A stretch of 64,000 nt of DNA from an uncultured Actinomycetes bacterium (lineage in GTDB: Bacteria; Actinomycetota; UBA4738; HRBIN12): positions 3,345 through 67,344 of the forward strand of contig CAYUSA010000009.1 in assembly GCA_964447335.1 (NCBI GenBank). Direction: 5' to 3'. The notes under the pieces were generated by a model, which saw nothing but the letters and a program-made list of their open reading frames with translations, had not been told where the DNA came from and ran no database searches. The translations under genes and the position numbers were made by a program. Below, one piece after another: positions 7,947 to 16,510 of this stretch (position 1 is the first letter of the stretch; the number at the start of each line of letters is the position of its first letter).

Positions 7947-10454
7947 GTGTCAACCACAGCCGCATCTTCGAGCAGAACGCTCCTCGCGCTCGAGGACCCC
8001 GGTGCCCGAGATCCCGACGTCGCCGGCCACAAGGCGGCGACGCTCGCTCGGTTGATCTCGGAGGGGTTCGCCGTGCCGAGGGGGGTCGTCCTCACCCGCT
8101 CGGCCTGCGAGCGCATCCTGAGCGCCTCCGGGCTCGGTCCCGACGCGCCGGCCGAGCAGGTCGCCGCGGCCGCGATCCCGTCCGACGTGCGGGCCGAGCT
8201 CGTCGCCTCGCTCGCGAGCTTCGACGGCTCGGCCCTGGCCGTGCGCTCCTCCGGCATCGCCGAGGACCTGCCCGGTGCGTCGTTCGCCGGTCAGTACGAG
8301 ACGGTGCTCGGCGTTCGCGGCGAGGACGCGCTCGTCGACGCCGTGCACCGCTGCCTGGCTTCCGCGTTCTCCGAGCGCGTCGCCGCCTACAGCGGACTGA
8401 GAGACAGCGCGGCGCCGATGTCGGTGCTGATCCAGGAGATGGTCGAGGCCGACGCCGCCGGTGTGGCCTTCACGGCGAACCCGGTGACCGGCGACGAGGA
8501 GACCCTGGTGAGCGCCGTCCGGGGACTCGGCGAGCGCCTGGTCGGCGGAGAGGCGAGCCCCGACGAGTGGGTCGTGCGCCACGGCGAGGTCGAATGCCTC
8601 TCGGCGCCGGAGGACGCCATCGACTCCGACGATGCGCGTCGCGTCGCGGACCTGGCCGCCGAGGTGGAAGCGGCGCTCGGCACGCCGCAGGACATCGAGT
8701 GGGCGATCGCGGGCGGTGAGCTGTTCCTGCTCCAGGCTCGTCCCATCACCGCGTTGCCGCGCGAACCGAACATCGAGGTGCCCTCCACCGGCTACTGGAT
8801 CAAGGACGACACGCACTACCCGATGCCGCTGACACCGTTCGGCGCATCCGTGTACCTGCCGGCCCTCGAAGTCGGTACGAAACCGATGTTCGAGGAATTC
8901 GGCTTCCTGCTCGAGGGGTTCGAGCAGCGTTCCCTCGGCGGAGAGGCATACATGCGGATGATCCCCATCGGCGGGAAGGACCGCAAAGCTCCCCCGTGGT
9001 GGGTCATGTGGATCGCTGCACGGCTCGCACCGCCCATCCGCAAGCGCGCGCGAGTCGCGGAAGAAGCCCTCCGCACGCATAGGGGAGACCAGCTGATAGA
9101 CCGCTGGTACGCGGAATGGCGCCCCTGGCTCCGGCAAGAGACCGCGGCCCTGTTGAGCCGTGACCTGCCGAGCCTCGACGATCAAGGGTTGCTGTCGCAC
9201 CTGGGCGACGCGGAGGAGCTCATCGGCAAGGGCGAGTACATCCACTTCGTCCTGTGGGTCGCGTACGCCCTGCCCGTCTACGAGCTGGACCTGGCCTGCA
9301 AGGAGCTCCTCGGATGGGATCCGCTGCAGACGTTGACGCTGGTCGCCGGAACATCCCAGGCCTCCTCGGCGCCCGGGAGAGCGCTCACCGAGCTCGCCGC
9401 CGCGGTCGGGCGCTCGCTCGAGGCCCGTCAAGCGGTCGAGCAGGGCGGCTCCGACGTTCTGCAACGGCTCCGCGAGGCTGCCCCTGAGGTCGCCGTCGCG
9501 ATGGACGGCTACCTGGCGGAGCACGGCCATCGCACCCTCAGCTACGACCCCGGCGACCCGACGCTCGCGGAGAGGCCCGAGCTGCTGGCCGGACTCCTGC
9601 GGGACCGGCTGCGCGGTGCCGCTTCGGGAGACGCCGACGCGGCGGAGCGGGCGCGCGCCGACGCCCTGACACGGGCGAGAGCGGAGCTCGCGACCCGTTC
9701 CGACGGGGAACGCGAGCGCTTCGAGCGCGCCCTGGCCGCAGCCGAACGCGCCTATCCGATCCGCGAGGACAACGTCGTGTGGACCGACAACGTGCCGTCG
9801 GCGATCCTGCGGTACTCGGCCGTGGAGTTCGGACGGCGTTTGGCGAACAGAGGCGCGCTCGCCAAGGCCGATGACGCGGTCTTCCTGGAGGTAGACCAAC
9901 TACGGGCCGCTCTGCTCGGAGAGCACGAGAACCTGCGCGACACCGTGATCAGGCGCCGCGCGGAGCGTGCCTGGGTGGCGTCTCATCCCGGCCCCGCGAG
10001 CTACGGCCCGGATCCCGGACCCCCGCCCGACCTCCGCGGATTGCAGCCGGGCGTCCGCCACCTCATGGAAGGGCTCATGTGGTTCATGCAACTGCTGATC
10101 CAGCCGGACAGGGCCGAAGCCAGGGAGGGCGAGATCGCGGGCGCGCCGGGCTCGCCCGGGCGCCACACCGGACCGGTCCGGGTCATCCGCGACGAGTCCG
10201 AGTTCGACCGGCTGCGCCCCGGCGACGTGCTCGTCTGCCCGATCACGAGCCCGGCCTGGTCGGTGCTCTTCTCGCAGGCGGGCGCCGTCGTGACGGACGG
10301 CGGGGGCGTGCTCGCGCACGCGGCCGTGATCGCGCGCGAGTACGGCATCCCGGCGGTCCTGGCGACCGGCGACGCGACGCGCCGACTGCGCGACGGTCAA
10401 GTGGTCACGGTCGACGGCTCCTCGGGCGTGATCGCGGTCACCGGATCGGGGTGA
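7947..10454 (+). CDS. PEP-utilising enzyme / pyruvate,water-dikinase-like protein with the architecture of the rifampicin phosphotransferase (Rph) family
   Basis: The N-terminal PPDK_N-like ATP-grasp shows ...DVAGHKAATLARLISEGFAVPRGVVLT.... The C-terminal swivel domain reads RPGDVLVCPITSPAWSVLFSQAGAVVTDGGGVLAHAAVIAREYGIPAVLATGDAT. The 835-aa protein lies immediately downstream of the TetR gene. Confidence 0.7.
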   Translation: MSTTAASSSRTLLALEDPGARDPDVAGHKAATLARLISEGFAVPRGVVLTRSACERILSASGLGPDAPAEQVAAAAIPSDVRAELVASLASFDGSALAVRSSGIAEDLPGASFAGQYETVLGVRGEDALVDAVHRCLASAFSERVAAYSGLRDSAAPMSVLIQEMVEADAAGVAFTANPVTGDEETLVSAVRGLGERLVGGEASPDEWVVRHGEVECLSAPEDAIDSDDARRVADLAAEVEAALGTPQDIEWAIAGGELFLLQARPITALPREPNIEVPSTGYWIKDDTHYPMPLTPFGASVYLPALEVGTKPMFEEFGFLLEGFEQRSLGGEAYMRMIPIGGKDRKAPPWWVMWIAARLAPPIRKRARVAEEALRTHRGDQLIDRWYAEWRPWLRQETAALLSRDLPSLDDQGLLSHLGDAEELIGKGEYIHFVLWVAYALPVYELDLACKELLGWDPLQTLTLVAGTSQASSAPGRALTELAAAVGRSLEARQAVEQGGSDVLQRLREAAPEVAVAMDGYLAEHGHRTLSYDPGDPTLAERPELLAGLLRDRLRGAASGDADAAERARADALTRARAELATRSDGERERFERALAAAERAYPIREDNVVWTDNVPSAILRYSAVEFGRRLANRGALAKADDAVFLEVDQLRAALLGEHENLRDTVIRRRAERAWVASHPGPASYGPDPGPPPDLRGLQPGVRHLMEGLMWFMQLLIQPDRAEAREGEIAGAPGSPGRHTGPVRVIRDESEFDRLRPGDVLVCPITSPAWSVLFSQAGAVVTDGGGVLAHAAVIAREYGIPAVLATGDATRRLRDGQVVTVDGSSGVIAVTGSG

Positions 10455-10789
10455 GCCGCTGATCTTCGTCGGTGCCGGATGTCGACTGCCCAGCGGATCG
10501 CGGCGTCCAGGCGTCTGCTCGCGGCCTCCCCGAGCCGCCCGATGGGATCTGGCTCGAGCAGGTCCTTCGGCACGGTCAGCACGTTGTCCACGTTGACGAC
10601 CGAGGCACGCCCGAGCCCCTCCGCGCGGCCGACCTGGACCTCGGACCGGATCTTCCGCGCACGCCGCGTGACGGGGGCGACGGTCACCCTGGTGCGGACG
10701 TCGGCGACGGCGGTGCGCGTGAGGATGACGACCGGCCGCCGCCCGTAGCCGAGGGGGAGGTCGGCCCAGTAGACCTCCCCGCGTCTCAT
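10397..10789 (-). CDS. mazF: MazF/PemK-family mRNA-interferase toxin
   Basis: MRRGEVYWADLPLGYGRRPVVILTRTAV...VTVAPVT...SEVQVG...ASVVNVDNVLTVPKDLL is a PemK/MazF fold signature. Its 3' tail overlaps the convergent upstream gene by ~58 bp. Confidence 0.8.
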   Translation of the reverse strand: MRRGEVYWADLPLGYGRRPVVILTRTAVADVRTRVTVAPVTRRARKIRSEVQVGRAEGLGRASVVNVDNVLTVPKDLLEPDPIGRLGEAASRRLDAAIRWAVDIRHRRRSAAHPDPVTAITPEEPSTVTT

Positions 10790-11004
10790 TCCTCCGGCCA
10801 GCCCCCGCCCGTCCAGACCTCGGGAGCCCTTCGGTACGACTCGACCGCCGCTCGTTCCTGCTCGGCCCAGTCGAGGTCCCGGAGATGGCTCGCGATCGCC
10901 CGGCGGATCAGCTCGCTCCGGCTCACCCCGGCGCCCTGCGCTCGGGCGTCGAGCGCCTCCACGAGCGCGTCGTCGAGCTGCACGAGCACCTGCTTGCGCA
11001 CCAT
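10786..11004 (-). CDS. Ribbon-helix-helix (CopG-like) antitoxin partnered with MazF/PemK
   Basis: MVRKQVLVQLDDALVEALDARAQGAGVSRSELIRRAIASHL is an RHH fold. Its stop overlaps the mazF start (ATGA). Confidence 0.7.
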   Translation of the reverse strand: MVRKQVLVQLDDALVEALDARAQGAGVSRSELIRRAIASHLRDLDWAEQERAAVESYRRAPEVWTGGGWPEE

Positions 11005-11072
11005 GGGTCCGACCCTACCATATGCTTCACCATATCGTTGCCGAGCCGAGACTCCTGCGCTCGCGTCCTCCG

Positions 11073-11465
11073 TCACGGTTCGATCCGCTCCACCGTCGGG
11101 ACGGCATCCAGATCGCGGTCGAAGGAGACCACGCGTCCGATGCCGAGCCGCTCGGCCGTGGCGGCGAGGTACATCTCGGCGAAATCGCGCCGGAGCGATC
11201 CGTAGAGCTCCAGCGCCCGAAGCAGCAGCGCCTGATCGGTCGTGGCCACGGAGGGGAGCGCGAGGAGCGCTCCGGCAGTCGCTGCGATCTGGGGTCTGGG
11301 CCGCCGGTAGAAGGACTCGAGCACGTAGATGACCTCGGCGAGGATCACGTCGGTGAGGATCAGCTCGTGATCCTGGCTGAGGAGCCTGGTCGCCCGCCGT
11401 GCCTGACCGGATGGCTCTCCGGTCAAGTGCCGCAGGAGCACGTTTGAGTCGATCAGCGCGTTCAT
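11073..11465 (-). CDS. vapC: VapC PIN-domain toxin
   Basis: MNALIDSNVLLRHLTGEP...ELILTDVILAEVIYVLE...VSFDRDLD carries the PIN acidic residues. It overlaps the upstream antitoxin by 4 bp. Confidence 0.8.
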   Translation of the reverse strand: MNALIDSNVLLRHLTGEPSGQARRATRLLSQDHELILTDVILAEVIYVLESFYRRPRPQIAATAGALLALPSVATTDQALLLRALELYGSLRRDFAEMYLAATAERLGIGRVVSFDRDLDAVPTVERIEP

Positions 11466-11710
11466 CGACGTTCCGCGGCTCTCCTTCGCCACGCCTCCTC
11501 GCGGGCCTTCCTCCACGGCACCCCGCGGACCTCGGGTGGGACGGGGACGCTTCCCCCGAGGTCGATGAAGTCGGGGACCTTCGTGAGGACCGCGCCGTCT
11601 TGGTGGACCCTGAAGTACACGCGATCGCCTGCCTCCAGTCCCAGCGCCTCCCGAACCTCCTTCGGGATCGTCAGCTGTCCCTTGGAGGTCAAGGTCGCCC
11701 CGATCTGCAT
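11462..11710 (-). CDS. vapB: VapB antitoxin of the AbrB/MazE/SpoVT family
   Basis: MQIGATLTSKGQLTIPKEVREALGLEAGDRVYFRV is an AbrB-type swapped-hairpin DNA-binding fold. Confidence 0.75.
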   Translation of the reverse strand: MQIGATLTSKGQLTIPKEVREALGLEAGDRVYFRVHQDGAVLTKVPDFIDLGGSVPVPPEVRGVPWRKAREEAWRRRAAERR

Positions 11711-11809
11711 GGCGTCCTCCTTACCGACTCGAGAAGGTAAGGATACGCCGTCCGTGAGAACCATGGACGCGAGTCTGGCCCCGGGTGTGTGCATCCGCAG
11801 TGATGGAAG

Positions 11810-12316
11810 TCACAGCCGCCCGAGCCAGTCGCGCAGTTCCTTCATCAACAGGAGGAGATGGAGGGGGTCGGTCGGGGAGGGTTCGAAGTCGAAGTGCTCG
11901 TAGAAGGTCCTCGCCCGCCCGTCCTTGGCGTGCACGAGCACCGCGCGCACACCGATCTCCTCGGCGGCGCCCGCCGCTCGGACCAGCGCGTCTTTGAGCA
12001 GCGCGGCGCCCAGCCCCTTCCCCTGGTGCTTCCGATCGACCGCGAGCCGAGCCAGGATGATGACGGGGATCGCGTGGCGGGCCATGCCGGCCGCCGCCCG
12101 CTCCGGGGCGTCCTCCCGGGCCACACCGCCCGCGGCGAGCGAGTGGTAGCCGACGACCCGGAGATCCTCGTGGACGACGTAGGTGCGCGCTCCACCGGCC
12201 TCTCGGTTCATGAGCGCGTGGCGCTGGAGGTAGCGGTCGAGCTCTGGGCTGCCGCAGTCGAACCCGTCGGTCCTGTGCTCGGACGTCAGGAGCTCGACGG
12301 CTGAAGGCTTGGTCAT
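11810..12316 (-). CDS. GNAT-family acetyltransferase toxin (TacT/KacT/AtaT-like)
   Basis: ...TDGFDCGSPELDRYLQRHA...RLAVDRKHQGKGLGAALLKDAL is a GNAT acetyl-CoA motif. The gene lies directly downstream of a DUF1778 antitoxin with a 12-bp gap. Confidence 0.75.
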   Translation of the reverse strand: MTKPSAVELLTSEHRTDGFDCGSPELDRYLQRHALMNREAGGARTYVVHEDLRVVGYHSLAAGGVAREDAPERAAAGMARHAIPVIILARLAVDRKHQGKGLGAALLKDALVRAAGAAEEIGVRAVLVHAKDGRARTFYEHFDFEPSPTDPLHLLLLMKELRDWLGRL

Positions 12317-12328
12317 GCCGAGCGGTTC

Positions 12329-12622
12329 TCAGCGCTCGAGGGCGCTCGGCGTCTGCAGCAGCTCCTCGAGGCGCGGCTTGGACGCGAGCGGCGTCACAGG
12401 CCGATCCAGGAGCGCGGTGAAGCTGCGCCACGCGGTCTCGTCGAGCGCGAAGAACCGGCGATCCGCCAGGACGGTGCGCGCCTGTTCCAGGGCAGCCTCG
12501 AGCACGAACGCGCTCAGATCCTTGTCCGCGGCCTCCGCAGCCTCGCCGATGAGCTCGCGCTGGCGTCGACTGACGCGCACGTAGAGCCGGTCGCCCTTGA
12601 GCTCCTTGTCCGCCGCTCCCAC
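12329..12622 (-). CDS. DUF1778 (TacA/KacA-like) RHH antitoxin
   Basis: GDRLYVRVSRRQRELIGEAAEAADKDLSAFVLEAALEQARTVLADRRFFALDETAWRSFTALLDRP is the conserved DUF1778 pattern. Confidence 0.75.
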   Translation of the reverse strand: MGAADKELKGDRLYVRVSRRQRELIGEAAEAADKDLSAFVLEAALEQARTVLADRRFFALDETAWRSFTALLDRPVTPLASKPRLEELLQTPSALER

Positions 12623-12773
12623 TTCAGGCCTCCACGGTCATGCTCTGTCCGTACATCCGCCGCATAACACAGTACGCACAAAAGGCGTACACATCAAAGA
12701 GAACTCCTCCGCGAGGCTCTCTGAGGCCGGCGATACCGAAAGAGGTATCGATCCACGCCGCGAGGGTCGGTCC

Positions 12774-13163
12774 TCACCCGGTGCCGGGCGCGATGACCTG
12801 GATCCCTGCGGTCGCCGCCGCTTCGGCGAGGAGCCCGTCGTAGGTGACGAGGCTCGCGACGTCTTCCCCCAGGCTGAGCGCCGTGGCGACGTGGATCGCA
12901 TCGAGCGTTCGCAGGCCGACGGGGGCGAGGTCGGCAGCGCCCCGGAGGATGCCGTCGTCGATGGGGACGAGGGCGATGCCCTCGAGCACCTCCTGCGCGC
13001 GGGCGACCCGGCCGCGCGCGCGCCTCACCGCGCGGATGACCTCCGTCCATGCGAGCGCGCTCGAGATCACCGCCGGATCCGCGCGTACGGCCTCGACCAG
13101 CTCCGGCGTCTCGGGCTCTCGCGCCACCAGCTTCACGATCGCGGAGGAGTCGAGGTAGAGCAC
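12774..13163 (-). CDS. vapC: VapC PIN-domain toxin
   Basis: MLYLDSSAIVKLVAREPE...ALAWTEV...LRTLDAIHVATAL...LVTYD is PIN-like. Confidence 0.8.
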   Translation of the reverse strand: MLYLDSSAIVKLVAREPETPELVEAVRADPAVISSALAWTEVIRAVRRARGRVARAQEVLEGIALVPIDDGILRGAADLAPVGLRTLDAIHVATALSLGEDVASLVTYDGLLAEAAATAGIQVIAPGTG

Positions 13164-13165
13164 GG

Positions 13166-13444
13166 CTAGAGGCGCTCGGCGCGCTCGGCGAGGAGGGCCG
13201 CGCTCGTGCGGGTGGAGGGACGGCCCGGGGGGGGAAGAAGCTCCAAGAGGTCCTTCCGAGGTGAGGAGACCCGGCCTGCGGCCACCAGTCGAGCGAGCGG
13301 GCTCTCCGGCTCACCGAGGGGCGCGAGCACGGCCACCGGCCGCCCATGCTCGGTCACCTCGAGCCGTTCGCCCCGCTCCACGCGGCGGAGGTACTTGCTC
13401 AGGTTCTGCCGCAGCTCACGGACGCCGACCCGTCGCTCTTCCAT
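13166..13444 (-). CDS. Phd/YefM-family antitoxin
   Basis: MEERRVGVRELRQNLSKYLRRVERGERLEVTEHGRPVAVLAPL. The gene abuts the vapC start with a 2-bp gap. Confidence 0.75.
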   Translation of the reverse strand: MEERRVGVRELRQNLSKYLRRVERGERLEVTEHGRPVAVLAPLGEPESPLARLVAAGRVSSPRKDLLELLPPPGRPSTRTSAALLAERAERL

Positions 13445-13531
13445 GTAGCACAAGGTAGCACATCATGGTCCGGGATCGGAGCGAGCCTATACTCGCGATG
13501 TCTGAGCCCAGATGGGAGGGGAGGACCTGCG

Positions 13532-14173
13532 ATGGGAACGGATCCGGGAACCACGGCCGTCGTCTTGATCGAGTTCCAGAACGACTTCACCTCCGACGGG
13601 GGCGCTCTCCACGGCGCCGTCCAAGGGGTCATGGACTCGACGAACATGCTCGAGCACGCGAAGCACCTCGTGGACGAGGCCCGGTCGGCGGGCGCGACCA
13701 TCATCCACGTGCCCATCCGCTTCGCGGAGGGGTACCAGGAGATCACCGATCATCCGTACGGGATCTTGGCGGGCGTCGTCGACAACAAGGCGTTCGTCAA
13801 GGACACGTGGGGCGCCGAGATCGTCGATGACCTCACCCCCATGCCGGATGACATCGTGATCGAGGGCAAGCGCGGGCTCGACACGTTCGCCAGCACGAAC
13901 CTCGACTTCATCCTTCGGAGCAAGGGGATCAAGACTGTCGCGCTCGGCGGCTTCCTCACGAACTGCTGCGTCGAGTCCACCATGCGGAGCGCGTACGAGA
14001 AGGGGTTCGACGTGGTCACGCTCACCGACTGCGTCGCGGCCACGTCCGAGGCGGAGCACGAGAACGCGATCAAGTACGACTACCCGATGTTCTCGCGACC
14101 GATGACGTCCACCGCGTTCGTCGGCTCCCTGCAGGGGCATGACGCCGGCGGCGACACGAGCCGCGGCTACTGA
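13532..14173 (+). CDS. Isochorismatase-family cysteine hydrolase
   Basis: TAVVLIEFQNDF...IHVPIRF...KTVALGGFLTNCCVESTMRSAYEKGFDVVTLTDCVAA is an isochorismatase catalytic Cys motif. I used the internal start. Confidence 0.8.
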   Translation: MGTDPGTTAVVLIEFQNDFTSDGGALHGAVQGVMDSTNMLEHAKHLVDEARSAGATIIHVPIRFAEGYQEITDHPYGILAGVVDNKAFVKDTWGAEIVDDLTPMPDDIVIEGKRGLDTFASTNLDFILRSKGIKTVALGGFLTNCCVESTMRSAYEKGFDVVTLTDCVAATSEAEHENAIKYDYPMFSRPMTSTAFVGSLQGHDAGGDTSRGY

Positions 14174-14274
14174 GCTCGTCGCCCGCCGCGTCGACGCGCG
14201 TCCGCTCGACCGTGGGTCCACCTGAGCCGCGATGTGTCTATCCGCGTGTCCAGATCGGCGCCGCGGATCGGGTG

Positions 14275-15138
14275 TTAGCCCGCGTCGCGAAAGCCGCGCA
14301 GGAACTCCCGGACGGTCGCCACCGCCTCTCGGCGCAGCCGGGCCTTCTCATCATCGTCGTCCGGGGCGGCGAGGAACGACGCGTACGCGGTGGGTCCATC
14401 CTGGCGGACGTCCTGAAAGCGCTCTTCGAGAAGGGCGAGGGCCTCGTCGATCTGAGGATGCTGCGCTACGGCGCTCGACCTGACTGCGCTTCCCGCGTCA
14501 CTGGGACCGCCCGCGTGGTTCAGGAGAGTGAAGACGAGGTCGTACGCATCCTTGTTCTCGTGCCGGTCCTGGAAGGCGAAGATCTTCAGCACCATGTACG
14601 GAAGAACATCCGCCACCCGCACCGTGACCTTGGACTGGCCTCCGCCATCGAGGCGCTCGCCCTCGATGTCGCGCTCGATGAAGTCGTCTCGCACCAGATG
14701 TGCGCCGCGGACGTTGAAGGCGCTGAGTTTCGATCCCGTGTACTCGTCCTTGGGGCGGAAGATGCGGCCGGGTTCCACGTCGTCCGTCTCGCAAAGGAAC
14801 TCGAGGAGGACGGTGACCCCGTCAACGTCGCGCGCCCACCGGAAGCTCGGCTCCTTCTGCTCGAAGTGGGCCTTCTCCAGATCGTTCTGCAGAGTGCGGT
14901 ACGTCTCCGGTGTCTCGTCGCCGAGGGCGAGGCCGATGACCAGGTCGACATCGGTCGTTCCGACGTGGGCTCGTGCACCTTCGGGGAGCTGCCCAACCAG
15001 GTATCTCGGGGCGAGGCCCCCGGCCAGATAGATGCGCTCGCGCCACGGACCGAGGTCGCCGAGCAACGTGAGCAGGACACGCTCGCAGCGCGCCGTCGTC
15101 TCCTCGTCGTAGTCGGTGTGGTGCTCGCGTGGGCTCAA
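14275..15138 (-). CDS. AbiEii-type nucleotidyltransferase (DUF1814-like) toxin
   Basis: ...LAGGLAPRYLVG...AHVGTTDVDLVIGLALGDE... is an NTase G-x(n)-DxD motif. The gene is translationally coupled by a 4-bp overlap to the upstream COG5340-like regulator. Confidence 0.65.
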   Translation of the reverse strand: MSPREHHTDYDEETTARCERVLLTLLGDLGPWRERIYLAGGLAPRYLVGQLPEGARAHVGTTDVDLVIGLALGDETPETYRTLQNDLEKAHFEQKEPSFRWARDVDGVTVLLEFLCETDDVEPGRIFRPKDEYTGSKLSAFNVRGAHLVRDDFIERDIEGERLDGGGQSKVTVRVADVLPYMVLKIFAFQDRHENKDAYDLVFTLLNHAGGPSDAGSAVRSSAVAQHPQIDEALALLEERFQDVRQDGPTAYASFLAAPDDDDEKARLRREAVATVREFLRGFRDAG

Positions 15139-16226
15139 AACCCGATCACCTCCCGGCGCAGATTCTCCGCCTGCTCACGCCCGCGGCGCGGGTCGCGGCG
15201 CAGATCGGCGTAGAGACGGAAGCGATTGGCCAGCCACAGACCCTTCTTCTTCTCGCGGTAGACGAGCGGCGTGTCGTCCTTTGCCTGCAGGAACACGACG
15301 TTCTGGCCATCAATGACGGGATCTGCCCCTGCACCGTTGTGCAGCTCCTCAGGTGCCGCTGTCGCTGTCACCCACACGTCGACGATAGGAACCGCCGTGA
15401 TGAAGGGTGCGACCAGGCTTGCGGCCGCCGCTCCGGTGAGCGCGTACTCGATGCCGCTGCGTCCGAGGTTGGTGCCCACCGCCTTGATGAGCCGCTGTGG
15501 AGTCTGTGCGAGGAGGTAGGCCGGCGTCCGCGTCGCGCGCTCAACGTTCTCCTCGGCCCACAGGTCGAGCAGGGCGGTCGGGTCGGTGACTCGCCGCACA
15601 CGCTTGGGACCGGTGCCCTGTGCCGCGACGATCCCTTCTGTCTCCAGGCGAGCGAGAACGCGGTGTGTCAGGGCGCCCGACACCTGCCCCTCTTGGGCGA
15701 GGTCCTTGACCTGCCATGCGCGGTCGGGGTGGAGCAAGAGTGCCTGAGCGACGACTCCGGCCTTGCCCTTCAGGCGTGTCGGCGGGGTGTCTCCGGCCCT
15801 CTGCTCCGGCCGTCGGTGGCCTTCCAGATGGAAGAGAAGGCCGGGCAGCTCGATATGGGCGTTCCCGAGACCATCGATGACGGCGATACCGTGCTCCTCC
15901 AGGATCTTCCGAGCTTCCGCGGTGGTCTGGCCTGCGATGAGCAGAACGGGCACATCCGGCCGTTCGTGGGCGTAGTGCACGAGCTGCCAGGCCGTGGCCG
16001 GGTTGGCGCGCCGTTTGAAGTCGACGGCGACCGGGACACGGTTGCCGGCGAAACGAAGGATGGTGTCGACCGCGCGATCCGCACCGCCAGGCTTGGCCAT
16101 CACGGCCAGGCCGGGGATCCCCCGTAGGATGCGGAGAGCCGCGGCCTCGAACGGGCCCTCCAGATTCACAAGTGCATGCTTATTCACAACGTCTATGAAT
16201 ATAGCCGATTCTGTGAAACGTGTCAT
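15135..16226 (-). CDS. COG5340/AbiEi-like winged-HTH regulator (Rv2827c-like architecture): N-domain, wHTH, C-domain
   Basis: The central wHTH reads AWQVKDLAQEGQVSGALTHRVLARLETEGIV. It is a paralogue of the 39448..40485 gene. The true start may instead be GTG at 16187, since a -35/-10 promoter appears to lie in the ORF's first 40 bp (see findings). Confidence 0.6.
   Translation of the reverse strand: MTRFTESAIFIDVVNKHALVNLEGPFEAAALRILRGIPGLAVMAKPGGADRAVDTILRFAGNRVPVAVDFKRRANPATAWQLVHYAHERPDVPVLLIAGQTTAEARKILEEHGIAVIDGLGNAHIELPGLLFHLEGHRRPEQRAGDTPPTRLKGKAGVVAQALLLHPDRAWQVKDLAQEGQVSGALTHRVLARLETEGIVAAQGTGPKRVRRVTDPTALLDLWAEENVERATRTPAYLLAQTPQRLIKAVGTNLGRSGIEYALTGAAAASLVAPFITAVPIVDVWVTATAAPEELHNGAGADPVIDGQNVVFLQAKDDTPLVYREKKKGLWLANRFRLYADLRRDPRRGREQAENLRREVIGF
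16183..16226 (-). promoter_or_regulatory. Putative autoregulated promoter: ATGACA-N17-TATATT with a TTCACA...TGTGAA inverted repeat
   Basis: Read on the minus strand this is ATGACA cgtttcacagaatcggc TATATT catagacgtt GTG. It has the same architecture as the promoters at 40486-40521 and 21415-21450. Confidence 0.35.
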
Positions 16227-16510
16227 CTTGGCCGCGTCGGGCAAGGGCCCGCGCAACCGCCGCACCCAGGACGGGCCCCGCGGAGAGCCCGGAGACTCGG
16301 TGCACGAAGACGAGCGATCGCAGTGAGGCGGGGCTACAGCGGCTTGTAGGGCGTGACTGCGACACGCGGTTTGGCTGACCTTGTGTCGCGGGGAGATCGG
16401 ACCGGGTGCTAGCGTGCCTGGATGAGGGTCGACGCGGTCGTGGAACCGGCCGGCGCGCGGCCGTGAACGCGGTGCCGACCCCGCCGCTGTGGGTGACGAG
16501 CGCGGGAACG

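Noticed and set aside
12694-13347. 217-aa minus-strand ORF overlapping the VapC/Phd pair in another frame
   Set aside because: The VapC and Phd frames carry family signatures. This frame is Arg/Pro-rich noise.
16310-16345. Inverted repeat CGACAC...GTGTCG with an 18-nt loop after the COG5340-like gene region
   Set aside because: The stem is short, no T-tract follows, and it is not positioned at a gene end in the right orientation, so I do not call it a terminator.
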